Notes: a model not told the origin generated them from the sequence alone. A DNA stretch of 64,000 bases from Eledone cirrhosa (GCA_964016885.1 OZ024766.1:9734001-9798000); one strand, 5' to 3'; positions 14,432-28,569 are shown, numbered from the stretch's first letter. Translations and numbers: made by a program.

Positions 14432-17400
14432 TGTGTGTGTGTGTATATATATATAGAGAGAGAGAGAGAAAGAGACATTGACATATATATATAGAGAGAG
14501 AGACATTGATATATATATATAGGGAGTGAGAAAAAATGACAGATATATATATATATATAGAGAGGGGGTCATGGAGTCAGAAAGAAAGACATATATATAT
14601 ATAGAGAGAGAGGGGGGTAGAATGAGAGTAGGCCGGGAGGTAAATTGTTTGGTTGGGGGAAGGGAAGACCTCGCTCACTAAATACAGTATAAAATAACTA
14701 GGTCATATTGTCTGGGTCAAGTTGGCTTCTCTCTCCCACCGCCACCAAATTCTCATATTTCTCTCTCTCTTATACCCCCTCCTTCTCTTTCTTATACTGT
14801 CTCCTACCGCCACCATCTTCTTATACCTCCTCCCTCTCTTTCTTATACTGTCTCCCTTTCTATCTCTCCCACCGCCACCATTTTATACCTCCTCCCTCTC
14901 TTTTTTATACTGTCTCCCTTTCTATCTCTCCCACCGCCACCATCTTCTTATACCCCTCCCTCTTTCTTATACTGTCTCCCTTTCTATCTCCCACCGCCAC
15001 CATCTTCTTATACCCCTCCCTCTGTTTCTTATACTGTCTCCCTTTCTATCTCTCCCACCGCCACCATCTTCTTATACCCCTCCCTCTCTCTCTTATACTG
15101 TCTCTCCTCGCCACCATCTTATACCTCCTCCCTCTCTTTCTTATACTGTCTCCCTTTTTATCTCTCCCACCGCCACATCTTCTTATACCCCTCCCTCTCT
15201 TTCTATCTCTCCCACCGCCACCATCTTACACCTTATACCATCTCTCTCTTATACCCCTTCCCTCTCTTTCTTATACTGTCTCCCACCCTCTCTCTCTCTC
15301 CCACCGCTACCATGTTCTTACACCTTCCCTCTTTTTCTTATACTGTCTCCCTCTCTCTCTCTCTCTCCCTCCCACCGCTGCCGTCTTCTTCCCTCTCTTT
15401 CTTATACTCTCTCTCTCACCCCTCCTTCCCTCTCTTTCTTATACTGTCTTCCCCATCTCCCCCACCGCTACCATGTTTTTACACCTTCCCTCTTTTTCTT
15501 ATACTGTCTCCCTCTCTCTCCCCCACCGCTACCGTCTTCTTCCCTCACTTATACTATCTCTCTCTCTCCTCCTTCCCTCTCTTTCTTATACTGTTTTCCT
15601 CTCGCTCTCTTTCTTATACTATCTTCCCTCTCTCCCACCTTCATCTATCTTTTCTCCTCCCTCCTCTTTCTCCTTATCCCTCACCCTCTTTTCTTATACT
15701 ATCTCTCCCCCACCCCTCCATCTATTTTCCGTATCCCTTCCTCCCTCTTATACTATCTTCCCCCTTTTTCTTTTTCTCTTTTCTTTCTTCCTCTCTCTGC
15801 ATGTCTTTGTCTTTCTTCCTTTCTTTTTCTTCTCTTTCCTCTTCCTTGTATTTTCTTACCTCTTTTTCTTCTTTCTCCCCCCTTCTCTCTCTTTGTTTAT
15901 CAACCTCGTCTCTTTCCTCTCTTCCTTTTTCTGTCTTTCTCTCTTTCTCTCCTCCTTTCTTTGTTTCCTCCCCGTCTCTGTTTCTCTACCTCCTTCCACT
16001 TTCTCTCTCTCTCTCTCTCTTTCCTCCCTCTTTCTCTCTTCCCTTCAGTTTCGTTCTCTCTCTCTCTTCGTTCACTTATTCCTCTCTCTCTCTCTCTCCA
16101 CACACACACACACACGTGTGTGTGTGCCATTGTAACGGTGTTTTTAGGACACACATTTATATATATTTACGAAACAGAAAACATCTTTTAATACAAATCA
16201 TGTTTTATAGCTGTGTATGTATGTATGTGTATATATATTTATATATATATATGTGTGTGTCAGTATGTATGTATATGTGTATATATGTATGTATGTTTGT
16301 ATGTATATATGTATGTTTGTGTCAGTATGTATGTATGTATATATATATATATATATATGTGTGCCAGTATGTATGTATATATGTATGTATGTATGTATAT
16401 ATATATATATATATATGTGTGTGTCAGTATGTATGTATATGTGTATGTATGTATGTATATATATATATATATATATGTGTGTGTCAGTATGTATGTATAT
16501 GTGTATGTATGTTTGTATGTATATGTGTATATATGTATGTTTGTGTCAGTATGTATGTATATGTGTATATATGTATGTTTGTATATATATGTATGTTTGT
16601 ATATATATATGTATGTTTGTATATATATATGTATGTTTGTATATATATATGTTTGTGTCAGTATGTATGTATATATGTATGTTTGTATATATATATGTTT
16701 GTGTCAGTATGTATGTATATGTGTATATATGTATGTTTGTATATATATATGTTTGTGTCAGTATGTATGTATATGTGTATATATGTATGTTTGTGTCAGT
16801 ATGTATGTATATGTATATGTATGTTTGTATGTATATATGTATGTTTGTGTCAGTATGTATGTATATGTGTATATATGTATGTATGTATGTATATATGTAT
16901 GTTTGTGTCAGTATGAATGTATATGTGTATATATGTATGTATGTATGCATGTATGTTTGTCTGTTGGGGTGATATATATTTATCCTTATCGAGCCCTCTT
17001 TGGATTTTAGTCTTCAAATTTATTATTATTACTATATATATATATATATATATGTGTGTATGTGTATGTTTGTGTGTATATATGTATGTGTATGTGTGTG
17101 TTTGTATATATATATGTGTGTATGTTTGTATATATATTTATACATACATGTGATGTGTATGTATATATGTGTATGTTTGTATATATATTTATACATATAT
17201 GTGTATGTGTATATATATATATATGTATGTGTGTTTGTATATGTATGTGTGTGTGTGTTTGTATATATATATATATATGTGTGTATGTGTTTGTATATAT
17301 ATATATGTGTGTATGTGTTTGTATATATATATATATGTGTATGTGTTTGTATATATATTTATACATATATGTGTGTGTTACTGTGAATGCGTGGGTTAGC

Positions 17401-18030
17401 TTCCATCTCTCATCTTCCTCCTCTCTCATTCCTTTTATTATTTCACTCTCTATATCTCCCCCTCTTTCCTTATCTTATATATTATTCGTCTTTTCATCTC
17501 TTACCTCCCATTTCCCCCTCCCTTTGTCTCTATATAATTTTATTTTCACTCTTACTACTCCCCTTCTGTTTTTACTTGTACAGTTATGTTCCCCTGTCTG
17601 TAATCTTACCGTTTCTTTTCCCCCTCTGTCTTATTAGTCTTTTGTTCGTCTTACTACACCTCTTCCTCTCTTCGCCTTTGTTTTTACGTATTACTCTTTC
17701 TACACCTCCGTCTTTATGTATTACTCTTTCTACACCTCCGTCTTTATGTATTACTCTTTCTACACCTCCCTCTTTACTATTACTCTTTCTACACTTCCCT
17801 CTTTACGTATTACTCTTTCTACACCTCCCTCTTTATGTATTACTCTTTCTACACCTCCCTCTTTATGTATTACTCTTTCTACACCTCCCTCTTTACTATT
17901 ACTTTTTCTACACTTCCCTCTTTACTGTTACTCTTTCTACACCTTCTATACGTATCACTCTTTCTACACCTCCCTTTATTTATATTACTCTTTCTACTCC
18001 TCCCTTTATTTATATTACTCTTTCTACACC
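14170..18030. repeat. Compound microsatellite and low-complexity block (GA/TA/GT, CT-rich, TATG, ~30-bp degenerate repeats)
   Basis: Direct inspection. Confidence 0.9.
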
Positions 18031-18084
18031 CCCTCCAAATTGCTGGCCTTGTGCCAAAAGTAGAAACTATTACTATTAAAAGGT

Positions 18085-18242
18085 GAGACGCCATGCTTTG
18101 CAGCATAGAGTTACGGCCCTTTACGTTATGAGTTCAAATCCCGTCGAGGTTAACTTTGCCTTTCATCCTTACGGGGTCGATAAAATAAAGTACCAGTAAT
18201 ACACTGGGTAATTGCTGGCCTTGTGCCAAAAGTAGAAACAAT
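18085..18242 (+). mobile_element. tRNA-derived SINE family 1 (5'-truncated)
   Basis: gagttcaaatcccgtcgagg...gcctttcatccttacggggtcgataaa. Confidence 0.8.
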
Positions 18243-18369
18243 TAGTAGTAGTAGTAGTAGTAGTAGGTTAGTAGCCTCTGTAGTGTTTGACAAAATACCT
18301 GGCGGTGTTTAATCCCCCCCTCTTGTGCAACATGTGGCCATACTTGTATTGTTTTTACAGTCATGTGTT

Positions 18370-19390
18370 ATTGTTGTTAGTGTTCTTGTTGGTGTTGGTG
18401 TTGTTGTTGGTGTTGTTGTTGGTGGTGGTGGTGTTGGTGTTGGTGGTGTTGGTGTTGGTGTTGTTGTTGTTGTATGGTGGTGTTGTTGGTGTTGGTGTTG
18501 TTGGTGGTGTTGTTATTGGTGTTGTTGTTGGTGGTGTTGTTGGTGTTGGTGGTGTTGTTGTTGTTGTTGGTGGTGGTGTTATTGGTGGTGTTATTGGTGT
18601 ATGGTGGTGTTGTTGGTGGTGGTGTTGGTGTTGGTGTTGTTATTGGTGTTGGTGTTGTTGGTGGTGGTGTTGTTGTATGGTGTTGGTGTTGTTGTTGTTG
18701 GTGGTGTTATTGGTGTATGGTGTTGGTGTTGTTGTTGTTGTTGGTGTTGTTGTATGGTGTTGGTGTTGTTATTGGTGTTGGTGTTGTTGGTGGTGGTGTT
18801 GTTGTATGGTGTTGGTGTTGTTGTTGTTGTTGGTGTTGTTGTATGGTGTTGGTGTTGTTGTTGTTGTTGGTGGTGGTGTTGGTGGTGTTGGTGTTGGTGG
18901 TGTTGGTGTTGGTGGTGGTGTTGTTATTGGTGTTGGTGTTGGTGTTGTTGTTGTTGTTGGTGTTGTTGGTGGTGGTGTTAGTGTTGGTGGTGTTGTTGTT
19001 GTTGGTGTTGTTAGTGTTGGTGGTGTTAGTGTTGTTGTTGGTGTTGTTATTGGTGTTGTTGGTGGTGTTGTTGTTGGTGTTGTTGGTGTTGTTATTGGTG
19101 TTGGTGTTGTTGGTGGTGTTGTTGGTGTTGTTATTGGTGTTGGTGTTGGTGTTGTTGGTGTTGTTATTGGTGTTGGTGGCGTTGTTGTTGGTATTGGTGG
19201 TGGTGTTGTTATTGGTGGTGTTGTTGGTGTTGTTGGTGGTGTTGTTGTTGGTGTTGATGTTATTGGTGGTAGTGGTGTTGTTGTTGTTATTGATGGTGTT
19301 GTTGGTGTTGTTACTGTTGGTGTTATTGGTGGTGGTAGTGGTGTTGTTGGTGTTATCGGTGTTGGTGTTGTTGGTGTTATTGATGTTGTC
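18370..19390. repeat. (GTT/GGT)n microsatellite
   Basis: Direct inspection. Confidence 0.95.
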
Positions 19391-19602
19391 ATTTTGGTGT
19401 CGTCGATGGTGTTATTGTTGTCAGGGGAGCCCCACTGTGCCAGGAATCAAACTCACTACCTCGAGAACGTTAGTAGAACACTCTAACCACTGAGCCACCT
19501 GTATTCACACACACACACACACCTACACCTATACATATACATATACTCATACCCCCCCCCCCCCACACACACACACACATATATAGTTACTTATATATAT
19601 GT

Positions 19603-19652
<50 letters not shown>

Positions 19653-20039
19653 CCATGCTAGCGTGGAAAATGGACGTTAAACGATGATGATGATGATGAC
19701 AGATGTAAATATATATATATGTATGCAGGGCAATAAAAAATTGATGGAAGCAATGGAATAGGTAGACCCAGAAAGACCTGGAACGAGGTGATAAAAGCTG
19801 ACTTTGCACACTCGAACCTCTCTAAGACAGTGACACACGGTTGAGCTCTTTGGCACTCTGCCGTAATGCAGAAAACCCAACCTTCCCTTGTGCATGGACT
19901 TAAACTAACACTCAGTAGGCATCTGTTAGTTCAATATACCCCCCACCCCCAAGCACCACCTCCTTTCCACTTCCGCTACACCTCCTTTCCACCTCCACCC
20001 ACACAGCCCTTATTCTGCAAAGTTATGTTGGTACCACAA

Positions 20040-20497
20040 GACACCCAGTCCACACTGTAAAGTGGTCATGTAGGTGTCATGACAAAAAAAAAGCACCCAG
20101 TCCACACTGTAAAGTGGTCATGTAGGTGTCATGACAAAAACCACCCAGTCCACACTGTAAAGTGGTTATGTAGGTGTCACAACAAAAAGCACCCAGCCCA
20201 CACTGTAAAGTGGTCATGTAGGTGTCATGACAAAAAGCACCCAGTCCACACTGTAAAGTGGTCATGTAGGTGTCACAACAAAAAGCACCCAGTCCACACT
20301 GTAAAGTGGTCATGTAGGTGTCACAACAAAAACCACCCAGTCCACCCTGTAAAGTGGTTATGTAGGTGTCACAACAAAAAGCACCCAGCCCACACTGTAA
20401 AGTGGTCATGTAGGTGTCACAACAAAAACCACCCAGTCCACACTGTAAAGTGGTCATGTAGGTGTCACAACAAAAAGCACCCAGTCCACACTGTAAA
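20040..20497. repeat. 48-bp minisatellite (~9 copies)
   Basis: cacccagtccacactgtaaagtggtcatgtaggtgtc repeats. Confidence 0.9.
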
Positions 20498-20499
20498 GT

Positions 20500-21008
20500 C
20501 TCCCTCTGTCTGGCTGGTCTTCCTCTCCAGCCGCAAGGCTCGTCAGTAGTTAGCAAAGGTTGTCACGTAAGAATTCCCAGTTGTCCTCTACATTATATGT
20601 ATCTAGCGCATCAGCCCTCTCATCAAATACATCCCATAGGGCCTTTCTAAACCCTTATATAACCAAGAGGTCCTTTAGCTTCCCCACCATCCATCTCAAT
20701 ATTTCCTTGGCTTTTGTTTATTTTGATGTCACTAATAACCAATGAGAACCTTTCCAGGCCTTCTTTCTTTTGAGCATCAGGTGTGCTAAATACACCTGTG
20801 TCATTTCTAACACATCCCCCCCCCCCCAACATCTTGATTCACACTAACACACTACCTTGCTATGTGGAACACTTCATGTCTCAAGTCATTGGCAAACTTC
20901 CTTTTTTTCAGCCTCTCTCCAAGCTGCATCTACCTGTTCCCCAGCTTTCCTCTTACCTACTTGGAGCCAATCTCTTCAACCCCACCTTTTACCAGACTTT
21001 CCACTGGC
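20500..21008 (-). mobile_element. Decayed RTE-type LINE fragment
   Basis: CVRNDTGVFSTPDAQKK resembles the LINE segment at ~31985. Confidence 0.55.
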
Positions 21009-21313
21009 TATATATATATATAAAATAAAATAAATTTGTCGATCGACTTTCATCAAATCGGACCGAGGAAACAATGTTTCCGTTGGTCTTTCCAATTGCT
21101 AATACTATCGATCGGTCGCAACTCCAGGTAGAAGGAGCAACGTGAAATAAAGTGTCTTGCTCAAGGACATAACGCATCGCCTGGTCCAGGAATCGAACTG
21201 ACAACCTCACGATTGCGAATCCAGTTCTCTAACCAATCAAATATATATTGAGAGAGAGAGAGATGACTGACTTCTACAGGATAAAAACTGTTTCATATGT
21301 TTGAAATCATCAG

Positions 21314-21349
<36 letters not shown>

Positions 21350-21354
<5 letters not shown>

Positions 21355-21700
21355 GTAATTCGAGTTTTTCGAAAATTAATAACAACATTCGATTCGTTTG
21401 CAATTATGCAAACAAGCCTTATTTTTAAAGCCATGTCAGTAGAATGAACTCTTCATTCTTGCTCTTGTGTTGGCATGTAAACAGAACTGCAGACACTAAT
21501 GTTGGCAGGTGAACAGTAAACTAAACTGATGAAGGGTAGTACTCAGAAACATTAGTGTCTGCAGTTCTGTTTACATGCCAACACAAGAGTCAGAACGAAG
21601 TGTTCATTCTTCTGACATGGCTTTAAAAATAAAACTGTTTGCAATAATTGCAAACGAATCGAATATTATATTAATATTCGAAAAACACAGATTACATTTA
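21350..21700. repeat. Long imperfect inverted repeat with a hammerhead-like core (CTGATGA 21526, GAAA 21546) at the loop
   Basis: Arms ~21350-21503 and ~21548-21700 are reverse complements. Confidence 0.8.
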
Positions 21701-21871
21701 TTGTATTCAGCCATGTAGGGCGATAACTTTTTTTTTTAGCAGGGAAAAGCGGACGTAAAATGATGATGATGATGATGATATATTATGTAAAAGAAAGTTT
21801 TGTTTAAAAAAAGAGGTGTAAGCAGGAGTAAGGTCTCTACATTCGTAGTGTGGAGATTCAGTATAAGAATG

Positions 21872-22168
21872 ACATTAAGAAAGATGCTGTGACTACATAA
21901 AACGTTTATTCATTATAATTATTTTTATGGCTCCCTTATGCAATCCATGATGTAGTATATATATTTGTTGAGGTGTATGCTTGCCAAGCACACAAGAAGA
22001 ACATGTTTTTGCCTGCAGTGTATCACATATCAACGAATATTTCATCTGAAGAAATCGCTCCTATACCATCAACAAATGTAGATACTGCATCTTGGATTGC
22101 ATAAGGGAGCCGTAAAAATAATTGTAATGAATAAATGTTTTATTTTATCACAGCATCTTTCTTAATGT
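21872..22168. repeat. Long imperfect inverted repeat
   Basis: aagaaagatgctgtga...ggctcccttatgcaatcca versus tggattgcataagggagcc...tcacagcatctttctt. Confidence 0.85.
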
Positions 22169-22264
22169 TGTTCCTATATATATACAAACAAACACACTAC
22201 AAGAATCTGAAGGTAATTAATGTTAATTGTATTTTATTAATTAAAATGTTGTTTTAATTTTCAG

Positions 22265-22303
22265 AGGCGGATTGGCAGGTGTTGAGCACTTTCAGAATTA
22301 CTG
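22265..22303 (+). CDS. SMAD2/3: Candidate 39-nt in-frame cassette exon of SMAD2/3 (x-GGLAGVEHFQNY-C), inserted just before SLDGRLQ
   Basis: Acceptor ttttaattttcag and donor ctg|gtgagt; 39 nt, phase 2/2 matching the phase-2 start of exon 29372; no stop; unique sequence among repeats. Confidence 0.65.
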
Positions 22304-22376
22304 GTGAGTTGTATATTTTTAGGGGTTTTGTGGGGGTCAGATCCACACACACACTCATACACATGTATATTTATGC

Positions 22377-22416
<40 letters not shown>

Positions 22417-22420
<4 letters not shown>

Positions 22421-22544
22421 TTAATATAGAAGAGATTCTACAGGACTAGAACTGTTTCATTCATTAGAAATCATCAGAGATTCCTGATGATTTCTAATGA
22501 ATGAAACAGTTCTAGTCCTGTAGAATCTCTTCTATATTAAAACT
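22417..22544. repeat. Perfect palindrome with CTGATGA-tttctaatgaat-GAAA cores on both strands
   Basis: Arms exactly complementary around a short loop; same family at ~12720, 13960, 21270, 57030-57420 and 59295-59465. Confidence 0.85.
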
Positions 22545-22780
22545 GTTATACTCTGCCATGTATTGAGTACCTTACTTACTGTGGTTACCTCCGATTCAAC
22601 CCGGAATAACGTATATATATATATATATATATACACAAACACACACATACATATGTTTAAATACATAGGTATGATATATATACATTCTTATATATATAGA
22701 TATACACATCTCTATGCATACATTTTCAGATATACATACATCCACCCATATATACATATATCCATCCATACACATACACA

Positions 22781-22819
<39 letters not shown>

Positions 22820-22939
22820 CGAAGGAAATGTGGTAAGGGAACCAGATGGACCATAACGCACCAAAGTACTCAATACTTAGGGTAGTCCAGAATTAGCCGT
22901 CGAAACAGCTTGAGCTCTGCCGTCGGGGTCATACTTGTT

Positions 22940-23482
<543 letters not shown>

Positions 23483-23853
23483 ATATATATTATGGCTGTA
23501 TCTCAATTTCAAGAATTGCCATCCCTTGACGTTTTTCTCATACATGGGTGACACAAGGATGACTTTTTAGTCCTGCCAAGGACTTACAGTCTCTTCTGCA
23601 TATGTTGCAGCGAAATAAAAAAGAAAGGCCATGTTTACACAACACACACAAGTCATTTATTCCAGAACCCTTTTTGGTTCAGATATTTTTGGGTGAACCC
23701 CAAAGTCTAATATTGTTATATGGTCGTAATATAAATATAAATATATACCTCTACCTTTTTCCACTCATTTGCAGAACCCTTGGGTTCCATGGACCCCACT
23801 TTGGGAAGCACTGGTTGAGATAAAGTGATACCAGTTTTTGAAGCTTTTTTTAA

Positions 23854-25280
23854 CCCTTCAGCATTTACATTACTCTATATATATTATTGTATTTTCACAG
23901 TAAAGGCTTTACCTCACATAATACCTCACATAACATTTATATTACTCTATATATATTATTGTATTTTCACAGTAAAGGCTTTACCTCACATAATATCTCA
24001 CATAACATTTACATTACTCTATATATACTATTGTATTTTCACAGTAAAGGCTTTACCTCACATAATATCTCACATAACATTTACATTACTCTATATATAC
24101 TATTGTATTTTCACAGTAAAGGCTTTACCTCACATAATATCTCACATAACATTTACATTACTCTATATATACTTTTGTATTGTCACAGTAAAGGCTTTAC
24201 CTCACATAATACCTCACATAACATTTACATTACTCTATATATACTATTGTATTTTCACAGTAAAGGCTTGACCTCACATAATATCTCACATAACATTTAC
24301 ATTACTCTATATATACTATTGTATTTTCACAGTAAAGGCTTTACCTCACATAATATCTCACATAACATTTACATTACTCTATATATACTATTGTATTTTC
24401 ACAGTAAAGGCTTCACCTCACATAATATCTCACATAACATTTACATTACTCTATATATACTATTGTATTGTCACAGTAAAGGCTTTACCTCACATAACAT
24501 TTACATTACTCTATATATACTATTGTATTTTCACAGTACAGGCTTTACCTCACATAATATCTCACATAACATTTACATTACTCTATATATACTTTTGTAT
24601 TGTCACAGTAAAGGCTTTACCTCACATAATATCTCACATAACATTTACATTACTCTATATATACTATTGTATTTTCACAGTAAAGGCTTTACCTCACATA
24701 ATATCTCACATAACATTTACATTACTCTATATATACTATTGTATTTTCACAGTAAAGGCTTTACCTTACATAATATCTCACATAACATTTACATTACTCT
24801 ATATATACTATTGTATTTTCACAGTAAAGGCTTTACCTCACATAATATCTCACATAACATTTACATTACTCTATATATACTATTGTATTTTCACAGTAAA
24901 GGCTTTACCTTACATAATATCTCACATAACATTTACATTACTCTATATATACTATTGTATTTTCACAGTAAAGGCTTTACCTTACATAATATCTCGCATA
25001 ACATTTACATTACTCTATATATACTATTGTATTTTCACAGTAAAGGCTTTACCTCACATAATATCTCACATAACATTTACATTACTCTATATATACTATT
25101 GTATTTTCACAGTAAAGGCTTTACCTCACATAATATCTCACATAATATAGAACCTATTAGATTTTGATATTATTTATTTTGATAACAATACCTTAACAAC
25201 AGTCTGAGCAGCCAGTTACAGCCAGTTTTAACAGAAAGAAGTGAGAGAATTCTGCCCGGTTTAAATTAAATGCTAAAGGG
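23854..25280. mobile_element. piggyBac-like non-autonomous element (TTAA TSD) containing a 72-bp tandem array (~18 copies)
   Basis: TTAA|cccttcagcattta ... taaatgctaaaggg|TTAA. Confidence 0.8.
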
Positions 25281-25404
25281 TTAAGTGAAGAAAGGCCTTG
25301 CACACACTCTGAATAACAATGATCGGTATCCAAAATGAAGTACAGGTCAACATTATTGGCTGTCATCGAGTTACAGGACTTACATCAGAATTTTACTTCT
25401 AGAA

Positions 25405-26739
25405 CAGCGTTTCTCAACCAGTGTGTCCCCGGAACCCTAGGATTCCGCAAGAGGTCGCTAGGGGTTCCGCGAGAACCAGTGATAAATAAACTAATGTATT
25501 TCTTAAAAGTAATTTTTTGTTTAATTATATGTTCGTCATTTTATTCTGCATTACGGCATATTGTCGGGAAATCCTTGTTTATTTTAAGAAAGGCTTTAAC
25601 CCCTTATATTATTTAAAACTAGGTCAATATAAGACATAGATATTAATTGTTTCTACTTTAGGCACAAGGCCAGCAAATACTCCAGTGTATTACTGGTACT
25701 TTATTTTATCAACCCTCTAACAATTGTTTCTACTTTAGGCACAAGGCCAGCAATTACCCCAGTGTATTACTGGTACTTTATTTTATCAACCCTGTAACAA
25801 TTGTTTCTACTTTTGGCACAAGGCCAGCAAATACCCCAGTGTATTACTGGTACTTTATTTTATCAACCCTGTAACAATTGTTTCTACTTTAGGCACAAGG
25901 CCAGCAATTACCCCAGTGTATTACTGGTACTTTATTTTATCAACCCTGTAACAATTGTTTCTACTTTTGGCACAAGGCCAGCAATTACCCCAGTGTATTA
26001 CTGGTACTTTATTTTATCAACCCTGTAATAATTGTTTCTACTTTTGGCACAAGGCCAGCAATTACCCCAGTGTATTACTGGTACTTTATTTTATCAACCC
26101 TGTAATAATTGTTTCTACTTTAGGCACAAGGCCAGCAATTACCCCAGTGTATTACTGGTACTTTATTTTATCAACCCTGTAACAATTGTTTCTACTTTAG
26201 GCACAAGGCCAGCAAATACCCCAGTGTATTACTGGTAGTTTATTTTATCAACCCTGTAATAATTGTTTCTACTTTAGGCACAAGGCCAGCAAATACCCCA
26301 GTGTATTACTGGTAGTTTATTTTATCAACCCTGTAATAATTGTTTCTACTTTAGGCACAAGGCCAGCAAATACTCCAGTGTATTACTGGTACTTTATTTT
26401 ATCAACCCTGTAATAATTGTTTCTACTTTTGGCAGAAGGCCAGCAATTACCCCAGTGTATTACTGGTACTTTATTTTATCGACCCCCGTAAGGATGAAAG
26501 GCAAAGTTAACTTCGGCATAGATATTAATTGTTTCTACGTTAGGCACAAGGCCAGCAATTACCCCAGTGTATTACTGGTACTTCATTTTATCGAGTACCA
26601 GTAATGCACTGGGTAATTGCTGGCCTTGTGCCTCGGCATAGATATTAATAATGGTATATAATAATTTTTATGTAGGGGTTCCCTGAGACATGAACCCATT
26701 TCAAGGGTTCCACAAGGGTAAAAATGTTGAGAAACGATG
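25405..26739. mobile_element. hAT/Charlie-like MITE with a nested, tandemly amplified SINE
   Basis: TIRs cagcgtttctcaac / gttgagaaacgatg; ttctagaa left flank; inner insert flanked by the direct repeat catagatattaat. Confidence 0.7.
25645..26515 (-). repeat. 77-bp tandem array (~11 copies) of the SINE family-1 3' end; same array at 58890-59200
   Basis: attgtttctactttaggcacaaggccagcaattaccccagtgtattactggtac repeats. Confidence 0.92.
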
Positions 26740-26924
26740 TCCTAACAAGACCTAGAGGGTATCTTGGCAGTGGAATTTGGGGACTGGGGACTGGGGACTG
26801 TCTGAAAACTTGTCGCTATTGAATCTGTGTGTGTATGTGTATGTGTGTGTGTGTGTGTATATATACATGTGTGTATTGAATATAAATATATATATATACG
26901 TGTGTGTATTTCTATTGTGTATCT

Positions 26925-27460
26925 TGTTGTTGTTACTGTTGTTGATAGTGTTTCTGTAGTTATTGTTGGAGGTGATGATGATGTCGCTGTTGTTTTTACT
27001 GTTGCTGTTGATGCTGCTGCTGCTGTTGTTGTTATTGATGATGTTGTTGTTGTTACTGGTGTTGGTGTTGTTTTTACTGTTGTTGGTGTTGTTGTTATTG
27101 ATGCTGCTGTTGTTTATGTTGTTATTGTTACTGTTGTTGTTATTGTTGCTGTTGTTGTTATTAATACTGTTGTTGGTGTTGTTGCTGTTGTTGTTATTGG
27201 TGTTGTTGTTGCTGTTGTTGTTGTTATTGGTGTTGTTGTTGCTGTTGTTGTTGTTGTTATTAGTGTTGTTGTTGTTGTTACTGTTGTTGTTATTGGTGCT
27301 GTTGTTACTGTTGTTGTCGTTACTGTTGTTGTTATTGTTAGTTGTTGTTACTGGTGTTGTTGTTGGTGTTACTGGTGTTGGTGTTGTTGTTACTGGTGTT
27401 GTTATTGTTAGTTGTTGTTATTGGTGTTGTTGTGGTTACTGTTGTTGGTGTTGTTGTTGT
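26925..27460. repeat. (GTT)n microsatellite
   Basis: Direct inspection. Confidence 0.95.
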
Positions 27461-28035
27461 TGGCCAGACTTTCCCCCTATCAGGTCCACACACCTCCCAA
27501 AACAAGGTACAGCATGGCCAACAAGCCACACCCTTCTTATATCGGCACCACGCAGCCCCACACTGTAAACGTAGTTGGTGTTAGGAAGGGTATCCAGCTG
27601 TAAAAATACACCCCAACCAAAATATAGTGTGATGGACATACAGAAACACTCTCTTTCTCTATCTCTCTCACAAAAACTATAAGTACGAAGCTGACTTTTG
27701 GGATTTTAAGTGCTAAGAGTGTATGTATGTATATATATAGATATATATAGAAAAAAAAGAACAAAAAAAAACTACTCCCAGTCCACGCTGTAATGTGGCC
27801 GTGTAGGTAACACGGTAAAAAGTTCCCAGTTCCACACTGTAAATGTGGTTGGTGTTAGGAAGAGCATCCAGCCGTAGAAAACCTGCCAGACAGTCCTATA
27901 CGAGCGAGACACGGTCACCCGACCAACCTTGCCTCAAATGTCCATCTTCCACGCTAGTATGGGTTAGACGGGAGTTATCCCGTCTAACCCATACTAGCGT
28001 GGAAGATGGACGTTAAACGATGATGATGATGATAT

Positions 28036-28295
28036 AGACCGGGTGATGTGCTGTTTCCTTGAGCAAGACACTTTATTTCACATTGCTCCAGTTTACTCAG
28101 CTGTAGAAATGAGATGATTGGGACTGGGGTCCCTATCATTCCACTGTAAAGTGGTCGTGGAGGTGCCACAGCAAAAAGGCACCCAGCACTCACTGTAAAT
28201 GAGGTTGGTGTTAGGAAGGGCATCCAGCTGTAGAAATCAAGCCAGAATCAGTTCCCGTCCCACCCTTGCAAGCAGGGAAAAGCAGATGTAAAATG
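28036..28295 (+). mobile_element. SINE family 2, 5'-truncated
   Basis: Near-identical to 23203-23460. Confidence 0.85.
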
Positions 28296-28569
28296 AAATG
28301 AAAAAGTGAAATGATATATAATAACGCACATGGTATTTGAACTTAGCGTGTCTCACAAACTTACACCACTAAAAATAGCAGCCAGGTTTACTCGACATTT
28401 GAATTAGCTCAACAAATTAACGGAGCCGAATATATCAAAGGTATATATTGAGTTAGAAACTCAAAATAGTCTCTTACAATAAAATAGCTCTAAGAAAGAG
28501 ATTTTTCCGAGCCGTATATTATAATTCTAGGAAAAATCTCTTTCCTAGAGCTATTTTATTGTAAGAGAT

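Noticed and set aside
14708-19493. Long Leu/Ser-, Tyr/Val/Cys- and Val/Gly-rich ORFs
   Set aside because: Microsatellite translations
1-22264. SMAD start codon and N-terminal MH1 exons
   Set aside because: No FTPPxVKRLL, KAVKSLVKKLKK or CxTIPR-type coding sequence found by eye; presumably upstream of the window
27484-27506. Possible microexon (ctatcag|...aag|gtacag)
   Set aside because: 23 nt would frameshift; weak donor
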